From: an uncultured Acidobacteriota bacterium
Lineage (GTDB): Bacteria; Acidobacteriota; Terriglobia; Acidiferrales; UBA7541
DNA: 32,000 bases
Assembly (NCBI GenBank): GCA_963744235.1
Contig: CAVUSU010000008.1
Coordinates: 96,277 to 128,276, forward strand
Direction: 5' to 3'
The notes beneath the pieces were generated by a model. The model did no database searches. It was not told where the DNA came from and saw only the letters and a list, made by a program, of their open reading frames with translations. Below are positions 1 through 8,126 of this stretch, piece by piece. Position 1 is the first letter of the stretch. Every line of letters starts with the position of its first letter. The position numbers and the translations under genes were made by a program.

Positions 1-63
1 TCCCCGTTTCCGCGAACGCTCTCTCCTGAACCACGGCAACCAGATCAATAGACTATTGCAAGA

Positions 64-843
64 TTATTGCAGCGGAGCGCTATCTGCCGTCGCGGCGCCA
101 CTCAGGTCGAACCGAATGATGCCGGTTTGGTCGGTGTAGAAACTGCGTTGGCCGGTGGTTCCCCTGGCAATGGGATCGGCCGAAGCCGCGTAGCCGGTTC
201 CACCTGCCAGGTTGCATCCGGCTTGGATTGCCTCCGGCGAGACTCGAGGCGCGAGTCTGCTTTGCGAAACCAGGCCATAACTGAAAACATAGCCAGCCTT
301 CTGACCCGACGCGAGCGTAGCGTCGATGAGCTCGGCGTGATCGCACGTTGCAGTCCCTGAACCGCCAAGAGAATCAAGGCTCGGAGGGAATCCGTTGGGA
401 TAGGTGGCGGAGTACGAGGCGGCAGCGATACTGATCGTTCGGAGTGAGCCGACCGCGGACGCTTCGTTGGCCGCCATTCGCGCGCGGAGCAAATTGGGGA
501 TGGCGATGGCAGCAATGATCAGGAGAAACGGAATCGCTGCGAGCCCGATGTAACCCAGGACGAGGCCGGCGGTAGCCATGCCGTTGCCCAGGAGCCTGCC
601 GCCGGATTTGCGAATGTCTGAAAGAGAAAGGTGACCGAGAACCACGGCCGCGAGCGCAGCGGGAAAAAAGAAAAAGAGGATTCCGCAGACAAGGCTGCCT
701 ATCGCCTTGCCGCTCGTCTGGGTCGGCAAAGGGGTCGCGCCACCCAAGGTGTTAGGTGCGCCCGTCGATTCCAGCGAGGCTCCGCAGCGTACGCAGGTGG
801 GTTTGTTGTCCGCGTTGCTAGCTCCGCAAAGAGTGCAGAACAT
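64..843 (-). CDS. Zinc-ribbon / DUF4190-like membrane protein with C-terminal type IV pilin-like (pseudopilin) domain
   Basis: 259-aa ORF, ATG at 843. N-terminal CTLCG-x12-CVRCG zinc ribbon and two hydrophobic helices. Then [25 protein letters not shown], the conserved N-terminal helix signature of type IV pilins/pseudopilins, but no G|FTLIE prepilin-peptidase site. Family names from memory. Confidence 0.7.
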   Translation of the reverse strand: MFCTLCGASNADNKPTCVRCGASLESTGAPNTLGGATPLPTQTSGKAIGSLVCGILFFFFPAALAAVVLGHLSLSDIRKSGGRLLGNGMATAGLVLGYIGLAAIPFLLIIAAIAIPNLLRARMAANEASAVGSLRTISIAAASYSATYPNGFPPSLDSLGGSGTATCDHAELIDATLASGQKAGYVFSYGLVSQSRLAPRVSPEAIQAGCNLAGGTGYAASADPIARGTTGQRSFYTDQTGIIRFDLSGAATADSAPLQ

Positions 844-973
844 TCTTGCGCCTCCGATTCGCGGCGTTTGACCCCAGGAATTGCTCGTTGGTTATCACTT
901 CAACAGCAAAATATCAACGGATTCTCGCGTTTCGATTGCCAAAGCTTCGCGGCGCGGAGACAATAGTTGCGAT

Positions 974-2500
974 ATGGCTGCTGCGAGCGACACGGTCGTC
1001 GTCATTCTGGCTGCGGGCAAGGGAACGCGGATGCGTTCCGAGCTGGCGAAAGTGTTGCATCGGGCCGGCGGACGGACGCTGCTGGAACATGTGATCCGGG
1101 CCTGCCAGCCGCTCAAGCCGACGCAGATATTGGTAGTTGTGGGGCACCAGGCGAAGGAGGTTGGCGCCGTTGCGACGGAACTTGGCGGGCAACCCGTCCT
1201 CCAACAGCCGCAGCGCGGGACCGGCCACGCGTTGCAGGTTGCGCGGCGAGCCATCCGGAAGAGCGCGAAGCTCGCACTGGTGATTCCGGGCGACGCGCCC
1301 CTGCTTCGGCCGGAAACTCTGGCGGCGCTGCTCGATACGCACCGTCGGGGAGAGGCTGCGGCGACGCTGCTTAGCGCCGAACTGGATGACCCGACCGACT
1401 ACGGACGCGTGCTTCGCGATACCGAGGGCCGCGTGCAAGCCGTCGTCGAGGAGAAAGCCGCCACGCCCGAGCAGCGCGCCATCCGCGAAGTGAACTCCAG
1501 CATTTATTGCTTCACGCTCGAAAACCTTTGGCCCGCACTGACCGCCCTTCGCCCTGATAATTTTCATCGCGAACTGTACCTGACCGACGCGGTCGGCCTG
1601 CTTCGGCAACGCAACGAGCGCGTCCTGGCGCAGATCGCGCCTGACGCGAACGAAATCCTGGGTTGCAACACGCGGGCGAATCTTGCCGACGTCGACCGTG
1701 TCTTTCGCGCGCGCAGAGCCGCGGAGCTGATGACGTCCGGCGTGACGATTTATTTGCCGGAAACGGTGGTGATCGATCCGGAGGTCACCGCCGGAACTGA
1801 CACGGTGATCGAGCCCGGCGTCCAGTTGCTGGGCAAAACTCGGATCGGCGCGCGCTGCAAAATTGGTACCGGAAGCATTCTGAAGGACGTTCGCGTCGAC
1901 GACGACGCGTCCGTGGGCGCGCATTCGATTCTAGATTCGAGCCGCGTTGGCGCGACGGCGCAGGTGGGCCCGTTTTCGCGGCTGCGACCGGGTGCGGACA
2001 TTCGTCCCGGCGCGCACATCGGCAACTTCGTGGAAGTGAAGAATAGCGTCGTCCACGAAGGCGCGAAGGCGATGCACCTCACGTATCTGGGCGACGCGTC
2101 GGTGGGCCGCGACGCGAACATCGGCGCGGGCACGATCACGTGCAATTACGACGGCGTCGCAAAGCACGAAACGAAGATCGGCAATCGCGTCTTCATCGGC
2201 AGCGATACGGCGCTGGTGGCGCCAGTGCGCGTTGGTGACGGCGCGTACGTCGCCGCTGGCTCTATCATCACGGAGAATGTTCCCGCCGATGCCCTGGCGA
2301 TAGCGCGTGGCCGGCAGGCGAACAAGCCCGGCTGGGCCGCCAAGCGCCGCGCCGAGATGAAGCGCGCCGCGAACGCCAAGCCGTCAAAGCCGCAGCGCCG
2401 CAAAGCAAAACCTCGCACGCGCTCGAAGCCACGCGGCACCGTTCGCCGCGCTGCCCGCCGCCTGGTGCGCCGCTCCAGGGCTAAGTCCCGCCGACGCTGA
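974..2500 (+). CDS. glmU: Bifunctional UDP-N-acetylglucosamine pyrophosphorylase / glucosamine-1-phosphate N-acetyltransferase GlmU, with K/R-rich C-terminal tail
   Basis: ORF 881-2500. Homology starts at ATG 974 (MAAASDTVVVILAAGKGTRM, the LxxGxGTRM nucleotidyltransferase motif). The C-terminal half is hexapeptide-repeat left-handed beta-helix (..IGNFVEVKNSVVHEGAKAMHLTYLGDASVGRDANIGAGTITCNYDG..). The last ~50 aa are a basic tail. Confidence 0.9.
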   Translation: MAAASDTVVVILAAGKGTRMRSELAKVLHRAGGRTLLEHVIRACQPLKPTQILVVVGHQAKEVGAVATELGGQPVLQQPQRGTGHALQVARRAIRKSAKLALVIPGDAPLLRPETLAALLDTHRRGEAAATLLSAELDDPTDYGRVLRDTEGRVQAVVEEKAATPEQRAIREVNSSIYCFTLENLWPALTALRPDNFHRELYLTDAVGLLRQRNERVLAQIAPDANEILGCNTRANLADVDRVFRARRAAELMTSGVTIYLPETVVIDPEVTAGTDTVIEPGVQLLGKTRIGARCKIGTGSILKDVRVDDDASVGAHSILDSSRVGATAQVGPFSRLRPGADIRPGAHIGNFVEVKNSVVHEGAKAMHLTYLGDASVGRDANIGAGTITCNYDGVAKHETKIGNRVFIGSDTALVAPVRVGDGAYVAAGSIITENVPADALAIARGRQANKPGWAAKRRAEMKRAANAKPSKPQRRKAKPRTRSKPRGTVRRAARRLVRRSRAKSRRR

Positions 2501-2528
2501 AGTCTCCCTCGAATAGCCGTGTCGCGTC

Positions 2529-2557
2529 TTGACCCGCTTTGCTGCGGCCAGTAAGCT
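2529..2557 (+). promoter_or_regulatory. Putative sigma70-type promoter of thrS (TTGACC-N17-TAAGCT)
   Basis: TTGACC at 2529-2534, 17-nt spacer, TAAGCT at 2552-2557. GAAGGA Shine-Dalgarno at 2573-2578 precedes ATG 2588. Sequence pattern only. Confidence 0.4.
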
Positions 2558-2587
2558 AGCTGTTTCCACTACGAAGGATTTCGCAGC

Positions 2588-4525
2588 ATGGACACCATTC
2601 AAATCACGTTGCCGGACGGCGCGACTCGCGAAGTGCCGCGCGGCACCACCGCGGCAGAAATCGCGCGTCAAATTTCGCCGCGGCTCGCGAAGGAAGCGCT
2701 GGTCGCGCGCACCAATGGCGAGCTTATCGATCTGTCGCGGCCGCTCGAGCACAGCACCAAGCTCTCGATTCTGACTGCCAAGGATCCCGACGCGGTGCAG
2801 GTGTTCCGCCACTCGGCGGCGCATCTGCTGGCAGCCGCTGTGATGGAGCTTTATCCGAACGTGAAGCTTGGCATCGGCCCGCCCATCGAAAATGGTTTCT
2901 TTTACGAGTTCGTGCGCGAGGAGCCGTTTACACCCGAAGACCTGGAAAAAATCGAAGCAAAGATGCGCGAGCTTGCGGGCAAGGACATCCCGAACGAGCG
3001 CAAGATGATCCCCAAGCCGGAAGCGCTCGAGCTCTATCGCAAGTCGAACCAGGAATTCAAATGCGAGCTGGTGGAGGAAAAGGCCACGGAGCCGATGGTG
3101 TCGTTCTACACCACCGGGAAATTCATCGATTTCTGCCGCGGTCCGCACATCCCTTCCACCGGCCGCATCAAGGCGTTCAAGCTGATGAACGTCGCGGGCG
3201 CGTACTGGAAAGGCCAGGAGGGCAATCCGCAGATGCAGCGGATTTACGGCGCCTGCTTCGTCGACCAGAAGGAGCTCGACGAGTATCTGCACAAGCTGGA
3301 AGAGGCGAAGCGCCGCGACCATCGCAAGCTGGGTGCGGAACTCGATCTTTTCAGCATCGAGGAAGACGCCGGCCCAGGGCTGATTTTCTGGCATCCGAAG
3401 GGGGGCGTCATACGCAAACAGATGGAAGACTGGCTGCGCGACGAATTGATTCGGCGCGGCTACGACCTCGTTTTCACGCCGCACATCATGCGCCTGCACT
3501 TGTGGGAAATCAGCGGGCACACCGGATTTTACAAAGACAACATGTTCGGCCCGATGGAAGTGGAGAAGGACGACTACCAGCTCAAGCCGATGAATTGCCC
3601 GGGCCACATCCTGATTTACAGATCGCGGCTGCGCAGCTATCGGGAATTACCGATTCGTTTGGCCGAGCTTGGCACCGTGTATCGCTACGAACGCTCGGGC
3701 GTGTTGCATGGATTGCTTCGCGTGCGCGGGTTCACGCAGGACGACGCGCACATTTTCTGTATGCCCGACCAGATTGAGAGGGAAATTCAGGATTGCGTCG
3801 AGTTTGCGTGGGAAGTGCTGCGCGTTTTCGGCTTCGACCGCTACGAAGTGGAGCTTTCCGCCCGCGACCCGGAAAAGCCCGGGGACTATGCCGGCACAGT
3901 GGAAGATTGGGAGCGCGCCGAGGGCGCGTTGATCAATACGCTGAAGCGCATGAACGTCCCGTACAAATATATGCCGGGCGAGGCGGTGTTCTACGGGCCG
4001 AAGATTGACGTGAAGCTCGTGGATGCCATCGGACGGCCGTGGCAACTCACCACCGTGCAATTCGACTTCAATCTCCCGCGCCGCTTCAAACTGGAGTACG
4101 TGGGCGAAGATGGCTCGCGTCACCAGCCGCTGATGGTGCACCGCGCGCTGTTCGGTTCGGTCGAGCGCTTTTTCGGCGTGCTGATCGAGCACTACGCGGG
4201 CGCCTTCCCGGTGTGGCTCGCGCCGGTGCAGGCTTCGGTGCTGCCGCTCAGCGAGAAAACCATCGATTATGCGCAGAAGGTGACGCAGCGATTGAAGGAT
4301 GCGGGCTTTCGCGTTCACCTCGACGACCGCAACGAGAAGCTGCAGGCGAAGATTCGCGACGCGCAACTTCAGAAAATTCCGTACATGCTGATCCTTGGCG
4401 GCAAAGAGGCGGAGGCAGGCACCGTCGCTGTTCGTCATCGTGCGAAGGGCGATCTCGGCCCGCGACCGATGGAACAATTCATCAGCGACCTGCGCGCCGA
4501 AATTGAATCGAAATCCACGAGCTAA
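2588..4525 (+). CDS. thrS: Threonine--tRNA ligase
   Basis: 645-aa intact ORF. N-terminal TGS domain (MDTIQITLPDGATREVPRGTTAAEIA), second-additional-domain motif (HSAAHLLAAAV), class II core (..FRHSAAH.., ..YRYERSGVLHGLLRVRGFTQDDAHIF..) and C-terminal anticodon-binding domain. Confidence 0.97.
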   Translation: MDTIQITLPDGATREVPRGTTAAEIARQISPRLAKEALVARTNGELIDLSRPLEHSTKLSILTAKDPDAVQVFRHSAAHLLAAAVMELYPNVKLGIGPPIENGFFYEFVREEPFTPEDLEKIEAKMRELAGKDIPNERKMIPKPEALELYRKSNQEFKCELVEEKATEPMVSFYTTGKFIDFCRGPHIPSTGRIKAFKLMNVAGAYWKGQEGNPQMQRIYGACFVDQKELDEYLHKLEEAKRRDHRKLGAELDLFSIEEDAGPGLIFWHPKGGVIRKQMEDWLRDELIRRGYDLVFTPHIMRLHLWEISGHTGFYKDNMFGPMEVEKDDYQLKPMNCPGHILIYRSRLRSYRELPIRLAELGTVYRYERSGVLHGLLRVRGFTQDDAHIFCMPDQIEREIQDCVEFAWEVLRVFGFDRYEVELSARDPEKPGDYAGTVEDWERAEGALINTLKRMNVPYKYMPGEAVFYGPKIDVKLVDAIGRPWQLTTVQFDFNLPRRFKLEYVGEDGSRHQPLMVHRALFGSVERFFGVLIEHYAGAFPVWLAPVQASVLPLSEKTIDYAQKVTQRLKDAGFRVHLDDRNEKLQAKIRDAQLQKIPYMLILGGKEAEAGTVAVRHRAKGDLGPRPMEQFISDLRAEIESKSTS

Positions 4526-4528
4526 GCC

Positions 4529-5239
4529 ATGCCTACACCTGTGTCGCGGCGGTCATTTCTTTCGGCTACCGGGGCCGCACTCGTGGCGCTCCGGGTTTTG
4601 CGCGCGGCCGAGGACGTCCCTCCCATGCTCGACCACATTCTCCTGGGAATCGATGACCTTGACCGGGGCATCGCCTTCATGGAGGAACGCACGGGAGTCC
4701 GCGCCGCGTTTGGCGGCGTGCATCCGGGGCGCGGCACTCAGAACGCGCTTCTCCGGCTGGGCACGCGACGCTATCTGGAAATCATCGCGCCCGACCCGAA
4801 GCAGAGTTCGCTCGTCGCCTATCCCGAGCTGCGCGAAATGCATGAGCCGCGCCTGCTGACGTGGGCGGTCCACACGAATGACATTGCCGCGGTGGCGAAG
4901 AAAGTGACGGATGCGGGCTTCGCGATTGACGGCCCAGAGGACGGATCGCGCGCGCGACCCGACGGCAAGATTCTTCACTGGAAGGCGCTTCGACTGAAGG
5001 ACGACCGCGGCGGCTTGCTGCCTTTCTTCATCGAATGGAGCAGTGATTCCGTGCATCCCTCGGTGGATGCCCCTGAAGGTTGCCGACTCACGCACTTCGG
5101 GGCAACGAGCAGCAATCCCGAAGAATTTCGGGGTGTCGTTGCGCGCGTCGGAGTGGAATTGGATGTCGAGCGAGCCGCCAAATCACAATTGCGGGCGCGA
5201 ATAGCGGGAGCGAAAGGGACCGTAGAGCTTTCGTCCTGA
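4529..5239 (+). CDS. Tat-signal VOC / glyoxalase-like domain protein
   Basis: 236-aa ORF starting 4 nt after the thrS stop. Twin-arginine signal SRRSFLSATGAALVA, then a glyoxalase-like fold string (LDHILLGIDDLDRGIAFMEERTGV..GGVHPGRGTQNALLRLG..YLEIIAPDP; ..LPFFIEW..). Confidence 0.7.
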   Translation: MPTPVSRRSFLSATGAALVALRVLRAAEDVPPMLDHILLGIDDLDRGIAFMEERTGVRAAFGGVHPGRGTQNALLRLGTRRYLEIIAPDPKQSSLVAYPELREMHEPRLLTWAVHTNDIAAVAKKVTDAGFAIDGPEDGSRARPDGKILHWKALRLKDDRGGLLPFFIEWSSDSVHPSVDAPEGCRLTHFGATSSNPEEFRGVVARVGVELDVERAAKSQLRARIAGAKGTVELSS

Positions 5240-5309
5240 ATCGGCGTCCCTCCCGGTTTGGTAAATGCTCTATTGCAGGCGGGCCCGAGAGGCGTGCTAT
5301 ACTTTCTGT

Positions 5310-5336
5310 CCCGTCCTTCCTGGCGGGTTTTTGTTT
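5310..5336 (+). terminator. Imperfect hairpin + T-run (terminator of thrS/VOC unit or leader attenuator of infC)
   Basis: CCCGTCC (5310-5316) / GGCGGG (5322-5327) stem with one bulge, followed by TTTTTGTTT (5328-5336). It lies between a possible promoter (TTGCAG 5273-5278 ... TATACT 5298-5303, 19-nt spacer) and the infC start. Confidence 0.35.
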
Positions 5337-5393
5337 CTAGGGGCGGAAGCGGGCAGCGATCGGACGAGTTCGCCGGGCCCTGGAGGTGGGTTT

Positions 5394-5978
5394 ATCGCAG
5401 AGCGTAGTGGTGGTGGGGGTGGTGGCCTTCGAGTAAACGAGCGCATTCGCGCTCGTGAAGTCCGCGTGATTGCCGAAGACGGGGAGCAGCTCGGCGTGAT
5501 GTCTCTGTTCGACGCCATGAAGAAAGCCCGTGACTCCGGGCTGGACGTGGTGGAGATCTCGCCCAACGCTGTGCCACCTGTTTGCAAGCTCGTGGATTAT
5601 GGGAAATTCCTGTACGAGCAAAACAAGAAGGCCCACGAGCAAAAAAAGCACCAGAAGAGTTCGCATATCAAGGAAGTTAAATTCCGGCCTTCCACCGCGG
5701 AGCACGATTACCAGGTGCGGAAGAACCAGATTATCCGGTTCCTTGGCGAAGGCTACAAAGTGAAGGCGATGATTTTCCATCGCGGCCGCGAAATGGCTCA
5801 CCAGAGCGTGGGCCGCACGAAGATGGATCGTCTCTTGAAGGACATTATGGACCATGCGCAGGTGGAATTCGGGCCGCGCATGGAAGCAAATATCCTGCTG
5901 GCGCTTCTGGCTCCCAAGAAGGGCGCCGTTGCGACGCCGGCACGCCCTGCGCAATCCGCGGCCGGCGGCCAGGCTTAA
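5394..5978 (+). CDS. infC: Translation initiation factor IF-3, probable non-AUG (ATC) start
   Basis: IF-3 signature NERIRAREVRVIAEDGEQLGVMS...VCKLVDYGKFLYEQ...KEVKFRPSTAEHDYQVRKNQIIRFLGEGYKVKAMIFHRGREMAH. The only in-frame ATG (5265) lies upstream of the putative promoter -10 and the hairpin and adds ~43 non-homologous aa. Strong SD GGAGGTGGG (5382-5390) sits just before in-frame ATC 5394. Confidence 0.85.
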   Translation: MAERSGGGGGGLRVNERIRAREVRVIAEDGEQLGVMSLFDAMKKARDSGLDVVEISPNAVPPVCKLVDYGKFLYEQNKKAHEQKKHQKSSHIKEVKFRPSTAEHDYQVRKNQIIRFLGEGYKVKAMIFHRGREMAHQSVGRTKMDRLLKDIMDHAQVEFGPRMEANILLALLAPKKGAVATPARPAQSAAGGQA

Positions 5979-6004
5979 ACAAGATTCAGAATGACGAGGG
6001 CATT

Positions 6005-6220
6005 GTGAAGAAGAACAAGAAAATGAAGTTGAAGACGCACCGGGGCGCTGCGAAGCGTTTCAAGATCACCGCCACCGGCAAGATTATGCGCTGGCACTCC
6101 GGCAAGCGCCATTTGCTGGGAACAAAAAAGCCGCGCCGCATGCGGAAGCTCCTCAAGGACGTCGAGGTGAATCCCGCCGACGTGCCGAACGTGCGCCGGG
6201 CGTTGCCGTACGGAATTTAG
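6005..6220 (+). CDS. rpmI: 50S ribosomal protein L35
   Basis: KTHRGAAKRFKITATGKIMRWHSGKRHLL is the L35 signature. GTG 6005 is preceded by GAGGG (5996-6000). Alternative start ATG 6023 (MKLKTHRGAAKRF). Confidence 0.9.
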   Translation: MKKNKKMKLKTHRGAAKRFKITATGKIMRWHSGKRHLLGTKKPRRMRKLLKDVEVNPADVPNVRRALPYGI

Positions 6221-6467
6221 TTTCGGGTTTCACCGTGTTAGGCAGAGCGTAATCCGCCGCGGCGGGCCTGCCAGCCGGACGAGCTGAAATTTTCAGCTTG
6301 CTTTGCTCCCGCACCGATTTACGCGGGAGCTCAACGAACACGCCGCGGAGAATTGCGCAGCAGCGATTGCTCCGTTCCCGCCCGTTTCGGGGAGCGGTGC
6401 CTTGCCTCCGCACCCTCTCCGCGTAACGATCACCGATTTCGACGTCCAATCATAGGAGAACAAGGCA

Positions 6468-6902
6468 ATGCCTCGCGTAAAACGTGGAACCAAGCGCCGC
6501 GCCCGGCGCAAAAAACTGCTTAAGCACGCCAAAGGATTTTTCCTCACGAAGGGAAAGCTCTACCGGTCGGCAAAAGAGGCGGTGAACCGCTCGCTGCGCT
6601 ACAGTTATCGCGACCGGCGAAATCGCAAGCGCGATTTCCGTACGCTGTGGATTCAGCGCATCGGGGCGGCGGCGCGCAATAACGGCACCACCTACAGCAA
6701 GTTGATTCACGCCTTCAAGCTCGGCGGCATCGAGATCGACCGCAAGATTCTGGCGGACATGGCGGTGCATGACGCCGAAGGATTCACCGCGCTGGTCGGC
6801 TCCGCGAAGCAGCACCTCGCGAAAGCGCCGTACCCGCGAAGTCGTCGCAGCCCGCGGCGTAGCATCCGCGCGAATCTGGACGGCAAATGTAGCGTTGCTT
6901 GA
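6468..6902 (+). CDS. rplT: 50S ribosomal protein L20 (with ~25-aa atypical C-terminal extension as sequenced)
   Basis: [24 protein letters not shown]...[22 protein letters not shown] is the L20 signature. AGGAG SD at 6454-6458. Homology seems to end near ..[11 protein letters not shown]; the remaining R/S/P-rich tail is suspicious. Confidence 0.9.
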   Translation: MPRVKRGTKRRARRKKLLKHAKGFFLTKGKLYRSAKEAVNRSLRYSYRDRRNRKRDFRTLWIQRIGAAARNNGTTYSKLIHAFKLGGIEIDRKILADMAVHDAEGFTALVGSAKQHLAKAPYPRSRRSPRRSIRANLDGKCSVA

Positions 6903-6992
6903 TGACGGCGCTGGCATTGCAGGCCCGCCCGGGCTGAAACCGCGGAGCATGCTATGTCGCTGCGGCACGGCCTCGAGTGCTGACCACTCGCC

Positions 6993-7336
6993 ATGACGAC
7001 CGATTCGACGAAACAGACCCTCGCGCAACTCGGTGTGTGATTCGCCGGAAAAAATTGTGGCCGAGTTCGAAGAGGACTCGCGGGCGATTCGAACGCACAA
7101 GTCGCGTCGGCGTCGGTGTCGGATAATGGGAGATTCCGTGCGCCAGCATGGACTCGGTCGCAAGTCAGGTTTCCTCTCGCTCATCACGGACAATTGGCTC
7201 AAGCCCGCTCCGCCGGAACTGAAGCGCGTCGTTGGCCAGGAATTGAACAAGCTAAAGGCGCACATCGAATCACGTTCTCGAAGAAGCGAGACGCGATCAA
7301 ACCACTGAGGAACAGTCTACCGCCGCGCGCGACAAG
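6993..7336 (+). other. pheS: Frame-disrupted remnant of the pheS N-terminal (coiled-coil) region
   Basis: PheS-like N-terminal text is spread over three frames. These are MTTDSTKQTLAQLGV* (ATG 6993); ..EKIVAEFEEDSRAI.. and ..LGRKSGFLSLITDNWLKPAPPELKRVVGQELNKLKAHIE.. (frame of 7033, stop 7306-7308); and ..HVLEEARRDQTTEEQSTAARDK (frame of 7337, open from 7256). Confidence 0.55.
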
Positions 7337-8092
7337 ATGGATCTCTCACTTCCCGGTATTGAGCGCGCCATCGGCACTCGCCACCTGATCCGCCAGACGT
7401 TCGACGAACTTCAGCGGATTTTCCTCTCGATCGGCTTCAGCGTGGTGGAAGGGCCGGAAATCGAGACGCCTTACTACAATTTCGAGGCGCTCAATATTCC
7501 CGAACATCATCCCGCCCGCGACAACATGGACACGTTCTACATCGAAGGCACGCGCGCGCCCTATCTGCTGCGAACGCACACTTCGCCGATGCAGATTCGC
7601 ACGATGGAAAAGCAGCAGCCGCCCGTGCGCATCATCGTTCCGGGAAAGGTGTATCGCCGCGACAACCCCGATTCCACGCACGGCTACATGTTCCACCAGA
7701 TCGAAGGCCTGGCCGTCGACACCGACATCACCTTCTGCGATTTCAAGGGGACGGTGGAATATTTCGTTCGCGAATTTCTGGGACCGAAAGTGAAGACACG
7801 GCTGCGCCCCAGCTTTTTCCCGTTTACGGAGCCGTCCGCGGAAGTGGACGCGACGTGCCACGTTTGCGGCGGGACTGGCTGCCGCGTCTGCAAGCAATCC
7901 GGCTGGATCGAGTTGTTCGGCGCGGGCATGGTGAACCCGGCCGTGTACGGCTTCGTGAATTACGACCCCGAGCGGCTCTCCGGATTCGCCTTCGGAATGG
8001 GAGTCGACCGTTTAGCCATGATGAAGTACGGCGTGCCCGAAGTTCCGCTGCTATTCCAGAATGACGTCCGCTTCCTCCGCCAGTTTCCCTGA
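7337..8092 (+). CDS. pheS: Phenylalanine--tRNA ligase alpha subunit, catalytic core (intact ORF lacks the N-terminal domain)
   Basis: 251-aa ORF with PYYNFEALNIPEHHPARDNMDTFYI, class II motif 2 (RLRPSFFPFTEPSAEVD), a CHVCGGTGCRVCKQSGWIE zinc knuckle and motif 3 (SGFAFGMGVDRLAMM). Confidence 0.9.
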   Translation: MDLSLPGIERAIGTRHLIRQTFDELQRIFLSIGFSVVEGPEIETPYYNFEALNIPEHHPARDNMDTFYIEGTRAPYLLRTHTSPMQIRTMEKQQPPVRIIVPGKVYRRDNPDSTHGYMFHQIEGLAVDTDITFCDFKGTVEYFVREFLGPKVKTRLRPSFFPFTEPSAEVDATCHVCGGTGCRVCKQSGWIELFGAGMVNPAVYGFVNYDPERLSGFAFGMGVDRLAMMKYGVPEVPLLFQNDVRFLRQFP

Positions 8093-8126
8093 CGAAAAGC
8101 GCAGCCGTCAAAACGAAACTTGGCAT

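Noticed and set aside
2384-3607. 407-aa ORF antisense to thrS. Similar long antisense ORFs occur at 914-1924 (vs glmU), 18247-19959 (vs czcA), 21239-22171 (vs ATPase/repressor) and 6450-7265 (vs rplT/pheS).
   Set aside because: Translations are Arg/Ala/His-rich with no recognisable motifs. They fully overlap strongly supported genes on the other strand. Long stop-free antisense frames are expected in GC-rich coding DNA.
5265-5393. ATG 5265 as the infC start (237-aa ORF in the track).
   Set aside because: It adds ~43 aa with no IF-3 similarity. It spans the putative -10 element and the hairpin/T-run. The strong SD sits at 5382-5390, far downstream of it.
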